A DNA stretch of 64,000 nt from Carcharhinus amblyrhynchos. Lineage: Eukaryota. Location of the stretch: NCBI GenBank assembly GCA_965287045.1, contig OZ336876.1, forward strand, positions 51,088,001 to 51,152,000, in the 5' to 3' direction. This document shows, piece after piece, positions 12,266 to 22,240 of the stretch (position 1 is the stretch's first letter; each line of letters begins with the position of its first letter). The notes under the pieces were generated by a model. It was not told the DNA's origin. It saw only the letters and a list, made by a program, of their open reading frames with translations, and made no database searches. A program made the translations under genes and the position numbers.

Positions 12266-14724
12266 TCATGGGTGAGGTACCAGAAGATTGGAGAGTGGCA
12301 AATGTTGTCCCTTTGTTTAGAAAGGTTGGCAGGGAAAAGCTGAGAAACGACAGGTCAGTGAGCCTCACATCTGTAATGGGTAATTGGTTGGAAGATATTT
12401 TGAGAGACAGGATCTACAGACATTTAGAGATACAAGGACTGATTAGGGACAGTCAGCCTGGCTTTGTGAGTGGAAAATCATGTCTCACAAATTTGATTGA
12501 AATTTTTGAAGGAGTAACCAAGAAGGTAGATGAGGGCAGTGCAGTTGATGATGTCTACATGGACTTTAGCAAGACCTTTGACAAGGTACTGCATGGTAGG
12601 TTGTTGCATAAGGTTAAATCTCACGGGATCCAGGGTGAGGTATCTAAATTGGCTTGTTGATAGAAGCCAGAGGATGGTTGTAGAGGGTTGTTTTTCAAAC
12701 TGGAGGCCTGTGAGCAGCAGTGTGCCTCAGGGATCAGTACAGGGTCCACTATTATTTGTCATTTCTATTAATAATTTGAATCAGAATTTAGGAGGATTGG
12801 TTAGTAAGTTTGCAGATGACACCAAGATTGGTGCCATAGTGGACAGTGAAGAAAGTTATCTCCGATTGCAACAGGATCTTGATCAATTGGGCCAGTGGGC
12901 TGACAAGTGGCAGATGGAGTTTAATTTAGACAAATGCGAAATGATGCATTTTGGTAGACTGAAACAGGGCAGAACTTACTCAGTTAATGATAGGGCACTG
13001 GGGAGAGTTACAAAACAAAGAGATCCAGGGTACATGTTCATAGCTCCTTGAAGTGGAGTCACAGGTGAAGAAGGCATACAGCATGCTTGGTTCATTGGTC
13101 AAAATGTTGAATACAAGAGTTGGGATGTCTTGTTGAAGTTGTACAAGACATTGGCAAGGCCACACTTGGAATACTGTGTACTGTTCTGGTCACTGTATTA
13201 TAGAAAGGATATTATTAAACTAGAAAGACTGCAGAAAAGCTTTACTAGGATACTTGATGATTTGAGTTATAAGGAGAGGCTGGAAAGACAGTGACTTTTT
13301 TCTCTGGAGCGTAGGAGGCTGAGGGGTGATCTTATAGCATCCATAAAATAATGAGGGGAATAGATAAGGTAGATAGTCAATATCTTTTCCCAAAGATAGG
13401 GGAGTCTAAAACTAGAGGGCATAGGTTTAAGGTGAGAGGGGAGAGATATAAAAGTGTCCAGAGAGGCAATTTTTTCACTCAGAGGGTGGTGAGCGTCAGG
13501 AACAAGCTGCCAGAGGTCGTAGTAGAGGCGGGTACAATTTTGTCTTTTAAGAAGCATTTAGACAAGATGGTAATAGATCAGTGGCGTAGCCAGGTTTGAA
13601 GGTTAGGGGGACCGAGCACATAAAAAAGGTGCCACAGAATAAAAAATGACCACCCTCTCATTACTATTCTGCCAATCCCCGCCGTGTCCAGGCCCTGCTC
13701 CACGTTGACATCATCACAGTCTGGTGTCATCACGATGTACGCAAAATAACCGTTCTTTTCTTGGTAATTTACTTTCTTTCCTTTAAAAAGATTTATTTTT
13801 GAAAAGGCGCCACTTCTGAAAAATGACTACTACTGAAGCCCGTCCCACTGACAGAGTGGGACTGAGGAGCCGTGTCTGGATTGGCGGAGCTTGTGGACGC
13901 GCCATGCTGTGATTGGTGAACTCAGTTGTCAGTCACCGCTGAGTGAGGTCCTGTGTACCGGATTGACGGAGCGGCGGGGGGGGGGGAGGTTGGGGTGACG
14001 TATCGTCCTAGGATTGGCTTATCGAGCTGTCAGGCAGGCGGTTGGGTGTGGATCTTTCCAATAAATCACAATATATAACCACATTAAATTTACATTAAAA
14101 ATCAATAATCACAGGTAGACTGTAATTAATGAATTCCGTGCATGAAGTTCAAAAGGCATTCAAAATCTCCTCGCGTGGACACTTGCAGACAGTAGGAAGG
14201 ACAATGAATATTTCTCTCTGACATAAGCATCTCAGGAGTGCTGCGAGATAGTTAATTTCAATAGAGAAAAGGGATATTTCAACTTCATAACTTCTGGCTT
14301 GACTTTGTGACAGAATTAAAAGATACAGTGTAAATAATAAACGAGTATTGGTGTGTTTATCCACTCACCGCACTGCACTTTACATGAGTGTTTCTGCCAT
14401 TCAGTTCCTAGGTTATGTACACTCCCAATACAGGTTTCAGCTTCTCTGTAAACTTGTCAGTTAGTGGATAAGGAGTTGTGCTCGGTTTATCGAGCTGTCA
14501 GTCAGGAGATTGTATGTGGGCGGGAGTTAGTATAAAAGGCGCCACTTCTGAAAAATGTGCTCAGCAGTTGCTCCCCCTGCGCCCACCCTAGCTAAGCTAC
14601 TGGTATAGAGGGGTATGGGTCAAATGTGGGTAATTGGGATTAGCTTAGGGGTTTAAAAAAAAAGTCGGCATGGACAAATTGGTCTGAAGAGCCTGGTTCT
14701 ATGCTGTACACCTCTATGACTCTA
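12266..14724 (+). mobile_element. CR1 LINE (RT domain to 3' tail), interrupted by a ~1 kb DNA transposon at 13579-14602
   Basis: Frameshifted RT fragments VPEDWRVANVVPLF, SCLTNLIE, YMDFSKTFDKV, VPQGSVQGP, SKFADDTK. The 3' tail resumes at 14603 and ends ctatgactcta. Collinear with the uninterrupted sister copy at 44923-46663. Confidence 0.92.
13579..14602. mobile_element. Non-autonomous hAT-like DNA transposon nested in the CR1
   Basis: Terminal inverted repeats cagtggcgtagccagg / cctagctaagctactg (13/16 match). Degenerate ~8 bp target duplication gtaatagat / gtatagag. Subterminal direct repeat aaaaggcgccacttctgaaaaatg at ~13802 and ~14534. No ORF. Confidence 0.8.
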
Positions 14725-14764
14725 ATCTGTCTTTAGCAATCACCAAGAAGGAGAAAGAAGCTAT

Positions 14765-17375
14765 GGGCGGAATCTTGAACACAGACTCTCCGCGAGGCTA
14801 TGGCAGCACACGGGCAAAATCCCCAGAGTTTTGAAAAACATGGTTCTTGCTGGCGAAATCACGTTGAGACATTTTGGAGCAAGCCTGTTGGTGAAGTGAT
14901 GTGGAACATGCCACAAAACATCAGGAACCTTATTTTAATACATTAGCACTTCATAAGTAAGCACTCACTCCAAATATTGAGTCCGAACTGAATATTCAGC
15001 AGAAGCCAACACCAGTGCCTTGTACAACAGCTCGACATAAATGTGGACCTGGTGCCTATACTTCTGAGGTGGGTATCGGAGATAAGCACGCAAGCACCAT
15101 TTCTCCTCAGCCTGTCCAACATTCAAAGGGCACCAGAGAGAACACTAGAGACATAGATAAATACAGCTTGTGGCTGGGGATGTGGGGGTTTCTCTTGCCA
15201 AACAGGGTGGAGGAAATGGATGAGTCAGATGCCATAACAAAATGGAGGCTTAGTGCTATTCACCCGAGTGGTGCACAGAGGAAATAATGTGGGAAATGCC
15301 TACTGTATCAGAGGGGATTTTGGGAAGGAAAGCAGATACGTTAACTGGGAAGCACTTGGATGGAAGTCACAGAGGGGTGGAGGGATGAGTGTCTGGGCTC
15401 TGTTAGGACTCCTCAGCTCTCACTATGGTGCTCTCATTCTTTCAGTGAATGATTGAGGAGAATCATGGAGCCTGTGGAGTTGGTCTTCCTAATCATCATA
15501 ACTGGCCAGCAGCAGAGACAATGACATGCTGCTGCACATGCCCAGGACCAGAGGCCCGCAGCTATCCAGGACCAAACTCAAACACAATAGAAGCCGAGAA
15601 TCTTCAGCCAAGGTGCTCATACCTTCAGATGAACGAGGACCACCTCTATCACATAGTACACGAGATGGCACCTCATGGAACTTTAGGATGCCCAACACAT
15701 GTGGCCCTTAAAGTCATAGCCACACTAAACATTTTCACCAATGGCTCCTTCCAGGACAGCACAGGGGACAACTGCAGCATTTCCCTGTCTGCCACTCAAA
15801 TGTATTAGGAAGGTCACAGCCCTGTCTGCAATAGCAAAATGTTTACTAACTTGGACTAGCATCAGGTGACTCAGGACACCAGGACCAGGAGCTTTGCCCT
15901 CATAGCAGGGATGCCTTAAGTGCAGGGTGTCATTGACTGCACCCACATAGCTCATAAATCACCATTGTGGCAGGCAGCATCACTCATGCACTGCAACGGA
16001 TTCCTCTCCCTCACGTCCAACTTGTCTGCAGCCACAAGATGTTCATTGTGCAGGAGTGTGCCTGTTTCCCGCACAGCACCCAAGACATTTATATCTTGAG
16101 TCGCTGGCAAATACAAGCGGTTTTGAGTGAGAGTGGTGGCTGAAGGGTTGACTTGGAGACGAGGGGTGCCCACTCAGAAGGTGGCTGATGGAACAGGGAA
16201 GAACGACGAGGATGTTGAAAAGGGCCTGACAAAGCCAAGGAGGAGGAAGGCAGGGCTATGGACAGGGACAGAATGGGCCACCAAGCAAGGAAGGCGCTTG
16301 TAACATCTCGTTTTTGGGACGAGTGGGAGTAGCCTGTGTTAAGCTTTCTCCCCTTGGGTCTGTTGGATCAAACAAAGAATGTGGTGCAGGATCATCAAAT
16401 CATAACGTTGCACACATTCATGGGCAAAGGCTGAAACTATTGACAGGACTCTGCAGGAGAATAATGATGACTTGCAGCAAGGGCAAAACAATGATCTTCT
16501 CATCCTCAGCGAGATGTCTGAATTGTGCGTAATAGATGTTCCCTGCCAATGAATGGGCATATGGTGGGCTTCACAACCAGTTTAAAATTAATATAATTTA
16601 CTGCAGGCCCCTTTGGGGTAAGTGCTCAGAATTTCAGATTCAGCTTTCACCTGAGGTGGGCAGTCTTTCAGCATTTTGACAGCCCCTTGTCCTCGAGCAA
16701 ACAGCTGCAATCTTGCAGTGTTGAAATACTCTAACTTTGATAACAAGCAGGGTAGCGGCGGCAGAGAAGGGATGTCCCTTCAATGAATCCGGATGTATGG
16801 GAAGGCTTTCCAGGGGTTTGGAGTGGAGGCATTGCCTGCAGCAGGGTGTCTGCAGTTTCTTCAGTGATGGAGAGACATTGCACAGCAATTCTCACATTCA
16901 TCAGGGGTGGTTCACGTCGCTTTCGGCACCAAATGACATGGTGGAGGCTCTGTGCGTAAGCAAAGTGAATATTTATTCAAGAACTATTTAGTGGTGACCT
17001 TTCTACACTTGTGCCAACTTTCACCCATGCCAACTAGGTGCCTATAACTTTCTACTTTTCCTGACTCTCACACTATGTTAGGTGCTTCTCAGGATCCACA
17101 GTTCAGGTTGAGGAGGCCTGCTTATTTCCACACCCCTATTGCCAGAGATGACCTTGGTGGGCGTCCCCTGGTGGGCTTAGACCTTACAGTTCCTGGCCTG
17201 CTTTGGGCAGCACGAGTATTGCAATGCTACTCTCCTTGGTATGTGGGGATGGACGTGTGTCACTCACAGGGAGGGGAGATTCAGATGGGCTGGACAGCCC
17301 CAAGTTCCCCTGGGTCATGCCCCAGATGATCCTCATCCCTTTGGCGACCCAATTGTCCCAGTAGTCCTCCATAGC
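14765..17375 (+). mobile_element. Decayed PIF/Harbinger transposon (formerly autonomous)
   Basis: Starts gggcggaatctt, contains the transposase remnant below, and continues into a GC-rich convergent region (16.6-17.4 kb) where the second gene is expected. Right boundary uncertain. Confidence 0.65.
15449..16330 (+). pseudogene. Harbinger (HARBI1-like DDE) transposase pseudogene
   Basis: VALKVIATLNIFTNGSFQ...GDNCSIS (ORF 15449..15808), IAGMP*VQGVIDCTHIA (15902-15952), frameshifted GFxSLNVQLVC, and LGDEGCPLRRWLM (~16153). Contains stops and frameshifts. Confidence 0.85.
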
Positions 17376-18879
17376 ATAGAAGGGTATTTCGACTGAAGTC
17401 CTCGTTGCAAATCTTATCTATTTGTCTGATCAAATCTAGTTTGTTTTTCTCTCTTGCTCCCTTTGACCCTGCTCACTCTACACTGCCAGCTATGTATGAA
17501 ATGACAACCACTGACATTTTCTGGAATACATACAGCTAGAGTTGGTAACCTGAGGTGCAAACAATATTCTGCAGCTTTATGCAACCACACAACTTGTTCC
17601 GTCGACTTAATTTCTTGTCCTTTCGTCTGTTTCCCCTGCAAACTGATCCACTCATGAAGATGCTAAGATGCTGTACACAGCGGCAGTATGGCACAGAGAT
17701 ATTTTCAGCTTGAAGCACTTGATAAAAGATGATGGGCCAATGGTACAATCCTGATGTATGGTACAAAATCCCTCTGGCATGTTACCAGTGTTTCCAATAG
17801 TGCACCTATCATTAACCACATATTGAATTTTTCCTCCTATAAGGACCTCCTAAACTAGTGGGGCCAGGCCCAACACCTCAATGCCATAAGAACAACAGGA
17901 GCCATTCACTCTACCTTGTGCAGGTGATATGTCAGATTTATCCCCCTAGGTGGTCTTTAAGTATTAGGACCAAGCTCCAGGTATTGCATAAAGCCAAAGT
18001 GAAGGTAGTAAGAGAGGAACTCAATCTAACTAGCCAATTCCAGACTGCCTTTTGCTGCAGTGCTCAGAGATACCTACAAAGGCTTGCAATGGAATGGAGT
18101 GCATTGCTTAATAGAAGAAGTTCTTCCAGTCCTTTGAGATGTTCACATAACCCTGCAAGGCCTAGCTAAAAGAACCCCCCCACACCCCCTGCAAGACAAC
18201 ATTTAGAAGTATAAAATCACTGAAATGGATGTAAGCTCTGTCACATCATCTGTGGCAGCTCTGTTACAGTGGCCATCTGAAGTGTGGCTCCTAAATATGC
18301 ACATAATCACATATTTAGAACAACAATGTGGTGCAATATAGCTGGTGTGAACCTCACTGACCAAAGTTGCACAGGATTGAATATTATCTTTCAAATACCT
18401 TTGACAATTATTTCAGAATTTACTGAAATAAATGCTTATTAGGCAATGACAAACACACACAGTGCAACAGGTTAATTACTTTAAAAAGCCTATTTCAGCA
18501 CATATTTATCAGTGACAGAGTTACTTACTATTCATTACAATGTCGTGTGGAGGATATGACAAAACAGATATTTGTTAAATTTAGAAAATGACTTTCAGAT
18601 GTATAATTACTGTCCAAGAAACACGTTTATGTTAAGACTTTAAATATAACTTTTATAATCCCATTTATTTTTTGAGGCTCTCAGCTGACTGAACTTTATG
18701 CATTGAGAAGAAGAAAGGGTGTATGAGGGAGAACTGATGTGCACAATTCAATATTTAGGACTCGACAAGATTTTGTCATTGAAGACAATGAGCATATGTG
18801 TAACAGCAGATCAACATCATATTGTCCATTTAATGTAACTTTCTTGTGCAAAAGTGTTTTGGAAATTGTAACATGGTGC

Positions 18880-19420
18880 AAACTTGTTGCAACATTGTGA
18901 GTCTTGTATATTGAGCTGGTGAGAGAACCACGCTGTCCTTTTCTGGGAAGGCCTGTTGTACCACAAGCCAATCAAGCAGTGGCAAGGCCAGCAGTGGGTC
19001 TTCCCCTGGAATCAAGACCTCTGGGGGAGGGGGGACACACACAACTCAGGACTGGTATTAGGGGTTAGGAATAGATGGGAGTTAGCAGTAGGGCAAGGGA
19101 TGTCTATCAGTGGGGCTCCTTGCCCTTCCTGATGTTGAGTCCCTTGATCAGGAATGGAGTGTGTTTGATGGAGTGACTCCTCTTCCTCCTCCACTGCTCC
19201 TTTCTCCCCACCCCCCCCTCCCCCACACAACAGAGGTGACAAGCTGACATGCACACCACATAGCAACAGGCCCACCTGCAGCTGGGGTAACAATAATACT
19301 AGCAGGACGAGGCCCTTGAGCAGTCATTAATTGCTCATTTAAGGGTGGATGGGAAGGTTGATTACAGTCTTCTCACTCAAAACACAAAGTGGTGGGGCTC
19401 AGTACACCACCTTTCTGTTC
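18880..19420. repeat. GC-rich MITE-like interspersed repeat
   Basis: Contains aggcccttgagcagtcattaattg, shared with the element at ~25041 (aggcccttgagtagccaattaatgg). Confidence 0.45.
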
Positions 19421-19901
19421 CATCTGCAAGTGCACCACCAGCGAGAGAACAAGATTCCAATCAAAATCTACTTGTGAGATCTGAACAAAGATATATTGAA
19501 AAGGGCAAAAAGAATCCAAATAGAAATGTTTGTGAGGACATTTATGTATTGTGTAGGATTCAAGTGGGCAACAGCCCAAAACAAATAGATAGTAAATTGT
19601 CCACTATATTACCCCATTTGCTTTTTCAATTGACTTCAGTGGAAAAGTAAGTTGAATGGAATTCACAACAGGCTTTCACCTCTTTCACATTCCATCCAAG
19701 ACGAATTTCACTCCCTACGTATTTAAAATATATTATTCAGTTGAAGGAAAATATACTTGTGATCAGAATATACTCCAGATCTAAAATTGATCTTAGTTGC
19801 TTGCAACCCAGTGCTGCTCAATGATTTACTAAAACAATTCATTGAAATGGTTTTTCAAACCATAAAATGTAGTGCATGCTATCCATTACTACAAACACAA
19901 G

Positions 19902-22240
19902 TGATATAACAGCTATCTTTATTTGCTGTTGATCTGGTGATAAAATACATTTCATACAGGAGCTATATTTTGAATGTACATTCTCCAATATAAGAACAGG
20001 ATTTTAAAATTTTTGAGAGAAAAATATAATCTGTAACAAGAAAGACAATACCAGAAACAAAGATTCTATGTTCTTTACAAGTGGCATTAAGTGGCAAAAA
20101 TTCAATTGCCTCTGTGACAACATAGACCATTTACTGATACAGTTAAGTATTGAGTATTTTCAATGTTATTGACAATGCAACCTTTTATCTGCCATTGGGC
20201 GAATTTATTTGTTTTTTTCCATCAGGAAGTAAATGTGAAATATCTTGCCACTTATTTCCTTTTAACATAAAACATGATGTGCAACCAATATAAAGTAAAA
20301 GAAACATTATCTTTTAAATTCTTTAAAAATTATTTAATTACTTTAAAAATATTGATTTCTATATTGGTATTTCTGAAAAACTTTTTGTTTTAAAACTATA
20401 TATAGGCCTAATTTATTTTTACATATCATTCATTATTAACTCAATAGACCCTCAAAAATTTGCATCAAAAGGCAGAATATTAACACGTTTTCAAAGACAG
20501 TGAGAAGCAGTGAGAAGATATTGTGCTATTTTTACAGCCCTTTTAAAACCAAAACTGACACAAATCAAAAACAAAACTTGGTAAAGCTACTGTCATGGTT
20601 GAGTGACAATTACGGTATGCTGGTGTGCATATTCCCCACCTAAAGACTTCATTGTTTAACAATGTTAAAGGGAAAGGAAATTTAAAAAAAACCTTGCAAT
20701 TATCAACAAATCAGATTATTTTGTTGGCCCCTTGAAAAAAAATGTCCACTGCATGACCCGTCTTTAACCTTTCCAATCTTTTTGTCCCATGCTTCAAAAG
20801 TCATAGGTGCCCTCTAAAATGTACTGAAGTCATATGCAACTGTAATGATCCATTATCAGGTTTCACTTGTGCTCACAATTATTGCTGAAGGAGCATTGTG
20901 GACCACAGGATTATTATTTGGTCTGTGGTAATGGATTAGGGAACACTGGTATGCTAGAACTATGAAGGTAAGCTGCGCTGTTTACAACTGACCTGATCAT
21001 CAGCATGTTGCCTTCCTCAAGGAACTGAGACATCTGTTCTAGATGTTTTGCTGACAGAAAATAAAAGCTTCGCTTTTGTCATTTCGCAGACAGATTTGTC
21101 TGACACACTATTCTCGGGCTTGGATCAATAATTTATCATTTGGGAAAGCTTTTCTATAACAAAAGGGGACACACTGGAACATAATTATTTCAACACATTT
21201 TTAAATATAGTCATTGAAGTATGAAACTAATAATCTGGAAATTCCTCAACACCATTTATCCTATGTTTTTTTTTGGAAAAGGAACAGATTAATATCCTAT
21301 TATATTCTCCTCATTGTTCCTTGCATTAAGATATCAGGAGTTTAGAAATACTGTGAGAAAACATACAATGCAATCATCATGGGGTTTTCCATATCCTTAA
21401 TCATACTGACCATTGGCAAAATTGCACTTTTTTTTACATTATACTCAATTGGGTTTTGCTGACATTCAAATGTAACTGATGGTTAACATTTTTAAAACTT
21501 ACTGCTGGATCCAGCAGGTCAGTAGAATCTTTCCCCATTCAAATTCAGCAATGGTTCAGTTCGTTTTTCAGTAACTTGATGTCAACACATGGCTCTGCAT
21601 TTCGTCACAAATTCTACAGACTCATCAGCCCGACAGTACTTAATTTCACTTGCTGACATTACGATTGCATTAACTGTATTCTAACATTTACCAATCTCAT
21701 AAATTCAAAACCAAGCACAGCAATTAACAAGCAGATTCCGCTTTGTGTTCAGGAGTTATCAGATTCTAACTAACCAGCCACCCATTGTGAAAAGTTGAAA
21801 GTTCATTGCTCAGGCCCCGAGAGTGGATAATATTTACTCACAAATCTTATTTCAGGGTGAGGAAATGATGTCAGCAAATGCAGTGTTTTCTGGCTAAGCA
21901 AATTTCAAATTTGCCTGTTCACGTCAATTTATTTGAGGCCAAAGGTTGGAGGGCAAAAAAGCTAAAATATACTAGGCCTCTGTTAATATGAGCAGGTATT
22001 TAAATAATATATCAAACAAGTCTCTAGTAGTTACCCTGTTCGCTTCTGTTCAAAATTTTGTTTGAAAAAAATAGAATAAAATCTGAACATGATCTTTAGT
22101 GCAAACTCTGTCTCATTTAACACATACCAGCCAAAGAAGCTTAGAAAAAAGGTGCCATTGTTAATAAACTTTTCTTCCTGATTGAATATTTCTCTTGTGC
22201 ATGGCATATGCCAGTCCAGATGAAGGAAACCTTGTTTTAT
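19902..22240 (-). other. ASXL2: Probable ASXL2 3' UTR (~2.3 kb)
   Basis: Repeat-free, U-rich sequence between the TAA at 22241-22243 and the candidate poly(A) site. The true end is not provable from sequence alone. Confidence 0.55.
19918..19923 (-). promoter_or_regulatory. Candidate ASXL2 polyadenylation signal (AATAAA)
   Basis: AATAAA on the minus strand, then a CA ~15 nt downstream (~19902) and a GU-rich element (ttgtgtttgt). It lies at the end of the repeat-free AT-rich block that follows the stop codon. Confidence 0.5.

Noticed and set aside
1-19900. Exons or promoter of a downstream neighbour such as DTNB (adjacent to ASXL2 in mammals)
   Set aside because: No recognisable coding exon, and the only CpG-rich block is the nested DNA transposon.
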